A stretch of 64,000 nucleotides of DNA, from assembly GCA_934120635.1 (NCBI GenBank), contig CAKOUR010000002.1, forward strand, positions 22,006-86,005, written 5' to 3'. The stretch comes from an uncultured Bacilli bacterium. Lineage in GTDB: Bacteria > Bacillota_I > Bacilli_A > RF39 > UBA660. Position numbers and translations under genes: made by a program. Positions within the stretch are counted from its first letter, which is position 1. The number at the start of each line of letters is the position of its first letter. This document shows positions 26,205 to 36,350 of the stretch, piece after piece. The notes beneath the pieces were generated by a model. That model was not told the DNA's origin. It ran no database searches and saw nothing but the letters and a program-made list of their open reading frames with translations.

Positions 26205-28310
26205 ATGCAAAATAATTATCAAGAAGAACAAGTAAAACCACTTGAAAAATATGGTCGAGATATTACTAAAATGGTTGTTGATGGAAAAATTGATCCAGTT
26301 ATTGGCCGTGATGAAGAAATTAGAAGTATTACTAGAATTTTATCTCGTAAAACCAAAAATAATCCTGTTTTAATTGGTGAAGCTGGTGTTGGTAAAACAG
26401 CTATTGTAGAAGGTCTTGCCAGTCGTATTATTAAAGGAGATGTACCAAATAGTTTAAAAAACAAAACCATTTGGGAATTAGATATGGGAGCTTTAATCGC
26501 TGGAGCAAAATATCGTGGTGAATTTGAAGAAAGATTAAAAGCTGTATTAAAAGAAGTAAAGAATAGTCATGGGGATATCATTATGTTTATTGATGAAATT
26601 CATATGATTGTTGGTGCTGGAGGTATGGAAGGCGCTATGGACGCTGGAAATATGTTAAAGCCAATGCTTGCACGTGGAGAAATTCATTGTATCGGAGCTA
26701 CTACTTTAAATGAATATCGTAAATATATTGAAAAAGATGGAGCCCTAGAAAGAAGATTTCAAAAAGTTCAAGTTAAAGAACCCACAGTTTTAGATACTAT
26801 TACTATTTTAAGAGGTTTGAAATCAAGGTTTGAAGTTTATCATGGAGTAAACATTAAAGATCGTGCTTTAGTTGCAGCGGCTACTTTGTCTGATCGTTAT
26901 ATTACTAGTCGTTTCTTACCTGATAAAGCGATTGACTTAGTTGATGAGGCTTGTGCTACGATTAAGGTACAAATGGAGTCTGTTCCAACTGAACTTGATG
27001 CTTTAACAAGAAAAATTATGCGCTTACAGATTGAAAAAGAAGCTTTAAAAAAAGAAAAAGATGATATTTCAAAAGCGAGAAAATTAGAAATTGAAAAAAG
27101 TTTAAGTATTTTACATGAAAAAGAGCAAGAAATTAGTCGTGCTTGGGAAGAGGAAAAAGAAGTAAATACGGCTATTAGTAAAAAGAAAGAGGAAATCGAA
27201 AAAGCAAATTATCGTTTGGAGATTGCTGAGGCTAATTATGATTTAGAATCAGCTGCTAGATTGCGTCATGGGGTAATTCCTAAATTGGAAAGTGAACTTC
27301 AAGAATTAAACAAACAAAATAAGAATGATATTTTGTCTGATACTGTTGATGAAGAAGATATTGCCGCTATTATCTCTAAATGGACAATGATTCCCGTTCA
27401 GAAACTTGTTGGTAGTGAACGAGATAAATTATTAAACTTAGAAAAAAATATGAACGAGCGTGTTATTGGTCAAAAAGAAGCTATCCACTTAGTCAGTGAA
27501 GCAATCATTCGTGCAAGAGCAGGAATTAAAGATCCTAATCGTCCTATCGGTTCTTTCATTTTCTTAGGTCCTACTGGTGTTGGTAAAACTGAGGTAGCTA
27601 GAACTTTAGCATATGAATTGTTTGATGATGAACGACATATGGTTAGGATTGATATGAGTGAATATATGGAACCCCATTCTGTCGCTAGATTAATTGGCTC
27701 TCCTCCAGGATATGTCGGCTATGACGATGGTGGTCAGTTAACTGAAGCTGTTAGAAGAAATCCTTACTCTATTGTCTTATTTGATGAAATTGAAAAAGCA
27801 CATAAAGATGTCTTTAATATTTTACTTCAAATCCTAGATGATGGTCGAATTACAGATGGTCAAGGAAGAACAGTTGATTTTAAGAATACCATTATTATTA
27901 TGACTTCTAATTTAGGAAGTGAATATATCTTAGAGAAAAAGGAAAATGCTAATGAGTTGGTAATGAATGATCTTCATAAGACATTTAAGCCAGAATTTAT
28001 TAATCGTATTGATGAAATTATTATTTTCCATTCTTTATCTAAAGAAGTTGTTACACATATTCTAGATAAAATTATTCATGAAATTGAGGTAAGACTTCAT
28101 GATAAGAGAATAAAAATTTCTCTTACTGAGGAAGCTAAAAATTTGATTATTGATAGTGCTTATGATGAAAATTTTGGTGCTAGACCAATTAAAAGATTTG
28201 TCCAAAGAAATATTGAATCTTTAATTGCTAATGCAATTTTGCAAGATAAGATTAAATATAATAGCACTATTACGATTGATGCTGACGATGGAAAATTTCT
28301 TTTAAAATAA
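26205..28310 (+). CDS. clpB: ClpB disaggregase, naturally lacking the N-terminal domain
   Basis: Two AAA+ modules (GEAGVGKT and GPTGVGKT), a long coiled-coil M-domain between them, and the GARPIKRF sensor. Start is ATG 26205 (SD GAAAGGAAG); the track start at 26196 is a GTG in the SD. Confidence 0.95.
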   Translation: MQNNYQEEQVKPLEKYGRDITKMVVDGKIDPVIGRDEEIRSITRILSRKTKNNPVLIGEAGVGKTAIVEGLASRIIKGDVPNSLKNKTIWELDMGALIAGAKYRGEFEERLKAVLKEVKNSHGDIIMFIDEIHMIVGAGGMEGAMDAGNMLKPMLARGEIHCIGATTLNEYRKYIEKDGALERRFQKVQVKEPTVLDTITILRGLKSRFEVYHGVNIKDRALVAAATLSDRYITSRFLPDKAIDLVDEACATIKVQMESVPTELDALTRKIMRLQIEKEALKKEKDDISKARKLEIEKSLSILHEKEQEISRAWEEEKEVNTAISKKKEEIEKANYRLEIAEANYDLESAARLRHGVIPKLESELQELNKQNKNDILSDTVDEEDIAAIISKWTMIPVQKLVGSERDKLLNLEKNMNERVIGQKEAIHLVSEAIIRARAGIKDPNRPIGSFIFLGPTGVGKTEVARTLAYELFDDERHMVRIDMSEYMEPHSVARLIGSPPGYVGYDDGGQLTEAVRRNPYSIVLFDEIEKAHKDVFNILLQILDDGRITDGQGRTVDFKNTIIIMTSNLGSEYILEKKENANELVMNDLHKTFKPEFINRIDEIIIFHSLSKEVVTHILDKIIHEIEVRLHDKRIKISLTEEAKNLIIDSAYDENFGARPIKRFVQRNIESLIANAILQDKIKYNSTITIDADDGKFLLK

Positions 28311-28315
28311 CAAAA

Positions 28316-28347
28316 ATATAGAGTTTTAAAGGGCTCTATATTTTTTT
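28316..28347. terminator. bidirectional terminator between clpB and the cse60-like gene
   Basis: ATATAGAG-(10 nt)-CTCTATAT followed by TTTTTT. An A-run precedes it, serving the opposite strand. Confidence 0.6.
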
Positions 28348-28518
28348 ATCTTGATATAAAATAAGGGCTGAGAAACAATAAATTTGTTCTTCTCCATAAA
28401 TTGCATTAGATACATTAAACTGAATATTAATAATTTCTCTTTCTTGTTCTTTTAAAAAATTATTGATATCTTCTTCTAAATCTTTTTCATGAGATTCATC
28501 AAAAATTTTTACCTTCAT
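28336..28518 (-). CDS. Cse60-family small protein
   Basis: 60 aa. MKVKIFDESHEKDLEEDINNFLKE...EEQIYCFSALILY closely follows the Cse60 (YteV) pattern as I remember it. Confidence 0.7.
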   Translation of the reverse strand: MKVKIFDESHEKDLEEDINNFLKEQEREIINIQFNVSNAIYGEEQIYCFSALILYQDKKI

Positions 28519-28595
28519 CTCCTATCACCAAAAGTATTATCTCAAGAAAAGGTTTCTTTTTTTGTCGAAAAAAGTTGATTGCTTTCACAACCAAC

Positions 28596-29054
28596 TTACA
28601 TTTGATAATAAACTTCTTTTTTTTCTCCAGTATCACTCTGATACTCTATCCATACTTTTAAATTTAATTTTAAAGAACTAATATTCTTAGTAGACTCGAT
28701 TGTCCCTTCTAATTCTACTTCATTGAAATCTTTATTTCCTGACAGTAATTCTTCTTTATCATCAAATAGTCCTATTGTTGGAAATACCGCTTCATTGCTA
28801 TAGTTATTTACTACCATTGCTCTTATTTTATGCATATTTTCTTTAGGGTTTATTAAGGTAACTTTATAATCAATAGTCTGTTCATCTTCTCTTTCAATAT
28901 CAATAATGATATCTAAGGGAAGATCTTTTGAGTATTCTTTTGTGCTTAATAAGTTATTTTTATAAGCAATATAATCATTTTTTTCTTGTTCTTCTTGATT
29001 TTCACATCCCGTAAAGAGAAATAGTATTAAAATAAGACAACAAATTTTTCTCAT
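28596..29054 (-). CDS. lipoprotein, unknown function
   Basis: Signal peptide with lipobox LFLFTGC, and an AGGTGGA SD. Confidence 0.75.
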   Translation of the reverse strand: MRKICCLILILFLFTGCENQEEQEKNDYIAYKNNLLSTKEYSKDLPLDIIIDIEREDEQTIDYKVTLINPKENMHKIRAMVVNNYSNEAVFPTIGLFDDKEELLSGNKDFNEVELEGTIESTKNISSLKLNLKVWIEYQSDTGEKKEVYYQM

Positions 29055-29123
29055 GTTCCACCTACTTGAATATAGTATACTATAAAATTAATTTCTTGTT
29101 AAGTATTTTATTTCTAGTTGACA

Positions 29124-31817
29124 CTAATTATTTTTGATTTGATTTTTTAATTCATTTAAATATTCTGCTAAATGTTCAGCTTCACTGCCACCACCTTGAG
29201 CAAATTTAGGGCTTCCTCCCCCATTTCCTTTACATTTTACAGAAAGTTCTTTGACGAGAACACCACAATTTACTTTATCGCTATTGGATTTAGAAATGAT
29301 ATTGACATGATTATCTTTGACATTAGCTAGTAAGACAAAGCAGTTTTCATACTTATTAATAATAGCATCGGCTAAGCCTCTCATACTATCAATATCATAA
29401 TCTTCTAATATGACAATACTTGTTTTTATTCCATTAATGACTTCCATATTTGTAGTAAAGGCAGTAATATCACTTACCGTACTTTGCATTTTTAGTGTTT
29501 TATATTTCTTTTCTAATTCTTTTATTTTATCTTTTAATTCTAGTAATTTATTTTTATATTCTACTACTCCTTCATAACTTGATAATTCTTTATCTTGAAA
29601 ATCGAATTCAAAATCTAGAGTAATATTTTGTTCTTTAGCTTCTACTAAAATATTTTTAGCTTTAGAAAGTAATTTTTTTATCTCAGTTTGATAGGGATCT
29701 ACTACTAGATGAAGTAAATCGTTCATATTTTTACTTGTTGTACCTTCAATTCTAAAGGTATCTGCTCCTTTGTTTTCTATAGAAATAATGGCAATTTTTC
29801 CAATCATACTCGTATTTGGTACATGTGTTCCTGCACATAATTCTATTGAATCTCCAATCGTTACTACACGAACGATATCTCCATATTTATCATCAAATAA
29901 TGCCATAGCGCCTTTTTTCTTGGCTTCTTCGATTGGTAAATATTCAATAATAGTGTCAACATTTTGTGCAACTCTTTCGTTTACTCTTTTTTCAATTCTA
30001 ATAATTAAATCATCACTTAATCTTCCATGGTAAGTAAAATCAAATCTAAAGGTATTTTCATCTACTCTACTTCCTGCTTGATGAACGTTGTTTCCTAAAA
30101 ATTCTTGAAGTGTTTTTTGTAACAAATGTGTAGCGCTATGATTTTTCATGATTGCTTCACGACGCTCTTGCATAACATGAGTTAAAACAGTACTTCCTTT
30201 TTTTAGTGTTCCTTCTAAAATTTTAACATGTAATAAATGCTGTTTATTAGGTGCTTTTACAACTTCATCTACTTCTACTTTACAGTCATCATTTTTTAAA
30301 TAACCAATATCGTAAATTTGTCCACCAGACTCTGCATAAAAGGGATTTTCTTCTAGAAAAACATATCCTTCATCAGTAATAGAATCTACAAATTGATTAT
30401 CTTTCATGATATCCATTACTATCGTTTTATTTCCTAACTTTTCATAGCCGACAAATTTACTTTCTTTCTTATAGTTCATTAATTGTTCATTTTGAAGATT
30501 CATGCTACTTACTACTTTACGATTTTGTCTTGCCATTACTTTTTGCATTTCCATATATTTATAGAATTCATCTTTATCTACACTAAGTCCTAATTCATTT
30601 GCGTATTCTATCGTTAATTCTACTGGGAATCCATAAGTATCATATAATTTAAAAGCATCTTCTCCAGAAATTTCTTTTGAAGTATTATTTTTACATAACT
30701 CCTCTAGTCTTTTTTCTCCAGAAATTAATGTTTTATGGAATAAATCTTCTTCTTTTGTAATTTGCTCTTTAATGATTTCTTTATTTGGTAGTAAGTCTGG
30801 ATAAATATTTCCGTATTTTTCCATTACGATATCGACTAATTCTGCCATAAAGGTTTTATTAATGTTAAGTTTTCGACTCATCATAATAGATCGTCTTAAT
30901 AATCTTCTTAAAACATATCCCCTTCCATAATTTTCAAAGGTTGCTCCATCGGATAGGGCAAATGTTAATGTACGGATATGATCAGCGATTACTTTAAATT
31001 CTTTTTGACCTTGATAAGGAATTTCACTGATTTCTGCTATTTTATCCATTATTGGTAAGAAAAGATCGGTTTCATAATTGGTTACTGCACCTTGCATGAT
31101 GCAAGCCATTCTTTCAACACCCATACCTGTATCAATATTTTTACTTGGTAATTCTTCATATTGATCACGAGGAACTCCCTCTTTAGCATTATATTGACTA
31201 AAAACATTATTCCATATTTCAATATAGCGATCATTTTCTAAATCTTCTTTTAATAATTGAATTCCTTTTTTTTCTGGATCAAATTTTTCTCCTCTATCAT
31301 AAAAAATTTCGCTATCAGGTCCACTTGGTCCTTCTCCTATTTCCCAGAAGTTTCCTTCTAAAGGAATAATATGAGTCGGATCTACTCCAAGACTGATCCA
31401 TAAATCATAAGCTTCTTTATCTTGAGGATATACTGTCATATATAGTTTATCTTTATCGAAGGCAAAGTATTCTTTACCAGTTAATAATTCAAAAGCCCAT
31501 GTTAATGCTTCTTTTTTAAAATAATCTCCAACGGAAAAATTTCCTAACATTTGGAAGAAAGTATGATGTCTTGCAGTTACCCCTACATTTTCAATATCAT
31601 TTGTACGAATACATTTTTGACAACTTGTTAATCTTCTATTTTTTGGTACAATACTTCCATCAAAATACTTTTTTAAAGGTGTTACTCCAGCATTTATCCA
31701 TAAGACACTTGGATCGTCTTTAGGAATTAAAGAAGCACTTTCTACTTCTAGATGTCCTTTACTTACAAAAAAATCAATGTATGTTCTAATAATTTGTTCT
31801 CCTGTCATTTGTTTCAT
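29124..31817 (-). CDS. alaS: alanine--tRNA ligase
   Basis: Class II AlaRS N-domain (FFVSKGH, WINAGV, RHHTFFQMLGNFS), editing-domain HSATHLL, and a C-terminal DHHA1-like GGGGS motif. Confidence 0.97.
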   Translation of the reverse strand: MKQMTGEQIIRTYIDFFVSKGHLEVESASLIPKDDPSVLWINAGVTPLKKYFDGSIVPKNRRLTSCQKCIRTNDIENVGVTARHHTFFQMLGNFSVGDYFKKEALTWAFELLTGKEYFAFDKDKLYMTVYPQDKEAYDLWISLGVDPTHIIPLEGNFWEIGEGPSGPDSEIFYDRGEKFDPEKKGIQLLKEDLENDRYIEIWNNVFSQYNAKEGVPRDQYEELPSKNIDTGMGVERMACIMQGAVTNYETDLFLPIMDKIAEISEIPYQGQKEFKVIADHIRTLTFALSDGATFENYGRGYVLRRLLRRSIMMSRKLNINKTFMAELVDIVMEKYGNIYPDLLPNKEIIKEQITKEEDLFHKTLISGEKRLEELCKNNTSKEISGEDAFKLYDTYGFPVELTIEYANELGLSVDKDEFYKYMEMQKVMARQNRKVVSSMNLQNEQLMNYKKESKFVGYEKLGNKTIVMDIMKDNQFVDSITDEGYVFLEENPFYAESGGQIYDIGYLKNDDCKVEVDEVVKAPNKQHLLHVKILEGTLKKGSTVLTHVMQERREAIMKNHSATHLLQKTLQEFLGNNVHQAGSRVDENTFRFDFTYHGRLSDDLIIRIEKRVNERVAQNVDTIIEYLPIEEAKKKGAMALFDDKYGDIVRVVTIGDSIELCAGTHVPNTSMIGKIAIISIENKGADTFRIEGTTSKNMNDLLHLVVDPYQTEIKKLLSKAKNILVEAKEQNITLDFEFDFQDKELSSYEGVVEYKNKLLELKDKIKELEKKYKTLKMQSTVSDITAFTTNMEVINGIKTSIVILEDYDIDSMRGLADAIINKYENCFVLLANVKDNHVNIISKSNSDKVNCGVLVKELSVKCKGNGGGSPKFAQGGGSEAEHLAEYLNELKNQIKNN

Positions 31818-31829
31818 TTTTTCACTTCC

Positions 31830-32372
31830 TTAAATTTGTTTAATGATTTCTTCTAATCTTTTTTCATATTCTTCTAATGTTCCATTATTTAATATAAAGT
31901 AATCGGCATAAGCAATAGGAGGTGCTTTGGCGATATTTTCGATTTCAGCTAAATCTCTTTCTTTAGCTTCCTTTTTCGTGAGTGGTCTAACTTCTCTTTC
32001 CGTAAGGCGTTTATAACGAATTTTTTTATCGGTAATGATAGCAATCGTTTTCATGTCTTTGCCTAATTCTTCATTTAAAATTTTATATTCTTCCCAAGAA
32101 TATAGTCCATCTAAAACGACATTATTTTCTATAGATAATTCTTTTATTTTGGGAAGTAAGATTTTAGCGAATGCTCCCATTCCTAAATCTTCTCTTAATT
32201 TTTCACGCATCATTTTTTCATTTTCAGGGGTTACTTCTAATCCTTTTTCTTTTAATTTTTCTAATGTTACGCCCCCAAAATAAACTTTTTGGAATCCTTT
32301 TTTTTCTAAAATATCAGAAGCGATACTTTTTCCACTTCCACACATTCCTACAATGGCTACGATTTTATTCAT
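31830..32372 (-). CDS. P-loop nucleotide/nucleoside kinase-like protein (UPF0200/dephospho-CoA-kinase-like)
   Basis: Walker A IVGMCGSGKS, and VLDGLYSWEEY resembling the archaeal UPF0200 kinase-like family. Confidence 0.7.
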   Translation of the reverse strand: MNKIVAIVGMCGSGKSIASDILEKKGFQKVYFGGVTLEKLKEKGLEVTPENEKMMREKLREDLGMGAFAKILLPKIKELSIENNVVLDGLYSWEEYKILNEELGKDMKTIAIITDKKIRYKRLTEREVRPLTKKEAKERDLAEIENIAKAPPIAYADYFILNNGTLEEYEKRLEEIIKQI

Positions 32373-32938
32373 ATTCTTCCTTCTTTCTCTAAATTTTTAA
32401 TTATTTTTAAGACATCTAATTGTAGTTTTTCTAAAGAAGTATTTTCAATTTTATAGTCATAGTTACAATAATTATCTAATGCTACTTCGGTGATATCTTC
32501 TTGTTGTTCTTTGGTTAAAATACTTAAATAGTTTTTTCTTTTTACTCCAATTGTTACTACATTTGTAAAATTTTCTTTTACTTTGTTGATTTCTTCTTCA
32601 AAGCGTACATCTGGGATAATCACCACATCCATAAAGTAAGAATAAAAAGATAAATCTTCTAATTGTCTATTGATAAAAAAGTTAGGATTAGAGAGTTTCT
32701 TTTTGATTAAATCTGAACTTAGTTTTTGAAGTAAATCTCTTGGCTTATCTTCATCATTAAACTCTTTTCCTGTTACTTCAACAATATATCTTTTTAAGTA
32801 TTTTGTATAAGGAGATAAGATGACTTTCTTCTCTTTTTTTAAAAAATAATCTTTTAAATAGGAAGCAACTTCTCCTTTACCACTTCTTGCTTTTCCTGCG
32901 ATTAGGATGATTAATGTATTTTTTTTATTAAAATTCAT
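32369..32938 (-). CDS. dNMP-kinase-like P-loop protein
   Basis: Walker A IAGKARSGKG, and IIPDVRFEEEI resembling the DVRFxNE motif of phage-type deoxynucleotide monophosphate kinases. 4-nt overlap with the downstream kinase-like gene. Confidence 0.6.
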   Translation of the reverse strand: MNFNKKNTLIILIAGKARSGKGEVASYLKDYFLKKEKKVILSPYTKYLKRYIVEVTGKEFNDEDKPRDLLQKLSSDLIKKKLSNPNFFINRQLEDLSFYSYFMDVVIIPDVRFEEEINKVKENFTNVVTIGVKRKNYLSILTKEQQEDITEVALDNYCNYDYKIENTSLEKLQLDVLKIIKNLEKEGRI

Positions 32939-32997
32939 ATTGCACCTGAACTTTCTTTTTTATTATAGCAAATCCCAATTTTGTTGTAAATTCTTAA

Positions 32998-33507
32998 TTA
33001 TTTGATTTCTCTTAAATTCAATTGATGAAATAATTTATCTAAAATAAAATAAAGTACTGTTGTATATATTAAAGTCATCGGAATGCTGTGAAGTAAGATT
33101 TCTAATAAATTGCCAAAATTATATTGATCATAGCCTACGGCAAATAAAAAGAAGAAGCTTGCGATATGGTAGATAAATATTCCTATTAATGTACTAATAT
33201 TGATTGTAAAGTAATTATAGGGAAAATAGAAATGAAATAGTTTGCTAAAATAATAAACAACGATAAAAAGACAAATATTTAAAAAGACAGCATTGGTATA
33301 AGTAATTCCCATTAAGAATCCTGTTATGATTAATACGGCTAAATATTTTTTTTCATTTTCAAAATAAGGTTTTATTACTAATAATGCAATTAAGATATAT
33401 ATTGTTGTAAATAATGATAAATCATGATAAATATATCCTGCATAATTTGAAGATATTGTTTGAAAAAGAAAGGAAAAAAGTAATGTTATGATACTTGTTA
33501 TCATCAT
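32998..33507 (-). CDS. mreD: rod shape-determining protein MreD
   Basis: 169-aa protein with five hydrophobic helices, overlapping the mreC stop by 4 nt. Position and topology are typical of MreD. Confidence 0.65.
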   Translation of the reverse strand: MMITSIITLLFSFLFQTISSNYAGYIYHDLSLFTTIYILIALLVIKPYFENEKKYLAVLIITGFLMGITYTNAVFLNICLFIVVYYFSKLFHFYFPYNYFTINISTLIGIFIYHIASFFFLFAVGYDQYNFGNLLEILLHSIPMTLIYTTVLYFILDKLFHQLNLREIK

Positions 33508-34352
33508 GAGGCATCATTCCTTTTTAGGACTGTTACAAAGTTAATATCATCAAATTTTGCAGATGGTTTTACATTGATAATCTTTGATAAATCATAAACA
33601 TCGGTAGTAATCCCTTCTACTTTTCCAATTAATATTCCACTTGGGAAGACTCCTCCTAATCCTGAGGTGTATACATAATCTCCATTATTTACTGTTGCTG
33701 TATTACTAATTCCTTCTACGGTTAGTAATCCTTTTTTATAGTCATAACCATTAATTATTCCTGTTAATTTGGTATCTCCATTAGTTACTGTTACAGAAAT
33801 TTTATTATTTGTATCATTAGTAGTAATTAACTTTACGTCTGAAGAGAAAGTAGAAACATTGGTAATTTTACCAATTAATCCTGTTGAATTAATAACTACC
33901 ATTCCTTCTTTAATTCCGTTATGGCTTCCTTTATCAATTGTTAGCATATTATACCAATAAAAAGAATTTCTACTGATTACTGTTGCATTTAAGTAATCAT
34001 AATCAGTTAGCACATGATCAATATTTAGTTCTCCTTTTAATCTTTCGATTTCTTGTTTTAACTCAATATTTTCTGCCTCGGTTGCTTCCATTTTTTCAAC
34101 ATTTGATTTTAAGATTTGATTTTCTTTTTTTACTTCTTTTAGGGAAGTAAATTCCTCTATCATATTCGAAAATCCATTAATTGGTTTATAAAATATTTTT
34201 TGTACTTCTACTACAATATCTTTGGTAAACGCTTCAAAAGTATTTAAATTTCTATCTTTTTTAATAGTATAAAATAATACTGCTGATACAATTACAATAA
34301 TTAAAATTACTAAAAATAATCGTCTGTTTTTTAAATTTTTTCTTTTTTTCAT
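33504..34352 (-). CDS. mreC: rod shape-determining protein MreC
   Basis: N-terminal TM, coiled coil, then MreC beta-domain motifs (GLIGKITNV...VKLITTND, YTSGLGGVFPSGILIGKV). Confidence 0.85.
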   Translation of the reverse strand: MKKRKNLKNRRLFLVILIIVIVSAVLFYTIKKDRNLNTFEAFTKDIVVEVQKIFYKPINGFSNMIEEFTSLKEVKKENQILKSNVEKMEATEAENIELKQEIERLKGELNIDHVLTDYDYLNATVISRNSFYWYNMLTIDKGSHNGIKEGMVVINSTGLIGKITNVSTFSSDVKLITTNDTNNKISVTVTNGDTKLTGIINGYDYKKGLLTVEGISNTATVNNGDYVYTSGLGGVFPSGILIGKVEGITTDVYDLSKIINVKPSAKFDDINFVTVLKRNDAS

Positions 34353-34501
34353 TTTTAATCACCTTTACTTATTTCATTATATAATAAAATGATTAAAAAT
34401 AAAAGGAGAGAAAGAAAATTCCTCGAAATATTTTTTGTTACATTACTACTGAACTGAGGTTTTAATGATTTAAACTTTATTGACGTTAGCAAATTTATTT
34501 A

Positions 34502-34705
34502 CTATAACAATAGAAAAATTTCTTTCATATAACTTGGACAATATCCTAACTTAGTATAAGTTTCATATATTCTAACAATTTCATTTCTTAATAAGGATTG
34601 CATACCGTTTTTTAAGCCAATATATTGTTTTACAACATAATCAAATCCTGACAAAAACCACATAAATAATATTTCTATCCAATATTTGATTACAAAATCT
34701 AACAT
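34502..34705 (-). pseudogene. phage holin-like small membrane protein, apparently C-terminally truncated
   Basis: MLDFVIKYWIEILFMWF...GMQSLLRNEIVRIYETYTKLGYCPSYMKE resembles the N-terminal two-thirds of a prophage lysis-cassette membrane protein family. The usual YHxLGGNG tail is absent. SD GGGGTGA precedes ATG 34705. Confidence 0.4.
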
Positions 34706-34867
34706 TTGCACATCACCCCATTTTCAAATATAATACTAAATATAGTATTTAAAGTAAGTTTTTAAATATAAAAGATAAAATTATCAAAATATCCATAATA
34801 TAATTTTTTTAATTATCACTACTTTATTAAAAATGTTAAATTCGTATTTATTATTTAATTATAGTAA

Positions 34868-34914
34868 TTTTAACATTAAAATCTAATGTTAAAACTTAAA
34901 AATTATGATACAAT
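34868..34914 (+). promoter_or_regulatory. 11-bp perfect inverted repeat (TTTTAACATTA-N5-TAATGTTAAAA) abutting an extended -10 (TGATACAAT)
   Basis: The inverted repeat is at 34868-34894 and TGATACAAT at 34906-14, upstream of the 34939 ORF. A further AATGTTAAA half-site lies at about 34832-34840. Confidence 0.4.
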
Positions 34915-34938
34915 CATTCATATAGGAGATAGTTAATT

Positions 34939-35508
34939 ATGAAAAAAGCCTTGATTTCAATAGAAAATTTAAAAAATGACACAATTAAAAATATAATAAG
35001 TACTAGTATTATTTGCTCAATTATAATTACTATAATATTTATAATGTTTATAGTTTTCACTAATAATATTCTTGCAATAATCATACTTTCTTTGTTATTT
35101 ATTTATATTAATTATAGTTCTGTTCAAAATGTTAAATTAACAATTAAAAATTATAATTCTATACCAATAAATGAAAAGAAAAATATTAATAAAGAATTAA
35201 ATAAAATATTAATTTATAGAAAAGATGCAATTTTAACTGATAAATTCTTTATAACTGGATGTTTAAATATATACAAATATTCCGATATAGATTTTATTTG
35301 CAAAAAAAACTCAATTGAAAAACATGCAATAACAGAAAAATTAATTATAATAACAAAAGATGGAAAAAAATATTGGTATTACATATCAAATAATTCTCAA
35401 AAAACTGATTTTAGTGAAGTTTTAAGAATTAAAAACAAAAATTTGTTAGTAGGATTAAATAAAAACAATAAAAATTATATTAAAACTAAATATAATATTG
35501 ACATTTAA
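34939..35508 (+). CDS. membrane protein, unknown function (189 aa)
   Basis: AGGAGA SD, two N-terminal TM helices, and a Lys/Asn/Ile-rich C-terminal domain. Lies in the AT-rich islet. Confidence 0.65.
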   Translation: MKKALISIENLKNDTIKNIISTSIICSIIITIIFIMFIVFTNNILAIIILSLLFIYINYSSVQNVKLTIKNYNSIPINEKKNINKELNKILIYRKDAILTDKFFITGCLNIYKYSDIDFICKKNSIEKHAITEKLIIITKDGKKYWYYISNNSQKTDFSEVLRIKNKNLLVGLNKNNKNYIKTKYNIDI

Positions 35509-35595
35509 AAAAAACATTAGAATTAAATATACATCCTTTTGAAGAAAAACTCAATCTTATAAACTATGGACTTTCCAAAAATAAAAGTCACAATT

Positions 35596-35624
35596 ATGGA
35601 GTTATAACTAGACTCCATTTTTTG
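35596..35624 (+). terminator. intrinsic terminator
   Basis: ATGGAGT-(9 nt)-ACTCCAT followed by TTTTT, 88 nt after the 34939..35508 stop. Confidence 0.55.
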
Positions 35625-35793
35625 ATGTTTTCTTTTCTTAGAATGTGGTTATGTTCTAGTTCTAACGTTTCCTTTTTTTCTACAGTTAATCCTTTTTCAT
35701 AATGCTTATGTTATATTAACGATTTTTAATTAATTATATGTTGCCATTTCACTTTATTCTTATTTTTTCATACACTACTTTAGGTGATTAATT

Positions 35794-35997
35794 ATGCGAA
35801 ATAATTTAAACCGTTTTTTTAGAAATTGTATTGGTTTTAAATTTTATGTTGCGATTATTTGTGTTATTATTTTACCTATTGTTACGATTTATCAATTAAT
35901 TTTAACTTTATTTATTCCTTGTTTTTATAATGTATTAATTTTACTTGTCCAATATTTATTATTACTTTCTTTATGGTTTTGGACTTTATTTTTGTAA
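35794..35997 (+). CDS. small hydrophobic protein (67 aa)
   Basis: AGGTGA SD at good spacing, and two predicted TM helices. Confidence 0.5.
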   Translation: MRNNLNRFFRNCIGFKFYVAIICVIILPIVTIYQLILTLFIPCFYNVLILLVQYLLLLSLWFWTLFL

Positions 35998-36038
35998 AAT
36001 ACTTCATTTTCTTTTTTCTTTGGTTAAAGAAAAGGATA

Positions 36039-36350
36039 TTATTTTTTCTTTTGAATGAAATATTTTATTAGATAGACTAAAAAATATACATAAAGGAAAA
36101 ATAATACCCAAATTAATACTGTATTTAATATTCCTGTAGAATAATAATTAATAATTGCTTCTAAAGATGCTGGAATATAATTATTTACAAAATCTGTAAT
36201 TCCTTGTATTTTTACTAATTCAATCAATTTATGGAATAATCTAAAAATAATATCTATAATTCCTAGAAAATAAACTACACTTTTAAAATCTTTAAAAAAT
36301 AATCCTACTATAATAATAGCAATAACTAATAAAATTAAAACAATATCCAT
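36039..36350 (-). CDS. small membrane protein (103 aa)
   Basis: GAGGAG SD, and three hydrophobic helices. Confidence 0.6.
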   Translation of the reverse strand: MDIVLILLVIAIIIVGLFFKDFKSVVYFLGIIDIIFRLFHKLIELVKIQGITDFVNNYIPASLEAIINYYSTGILNTVLIWVLFFLYVYFLVYLIKYFIQKKK

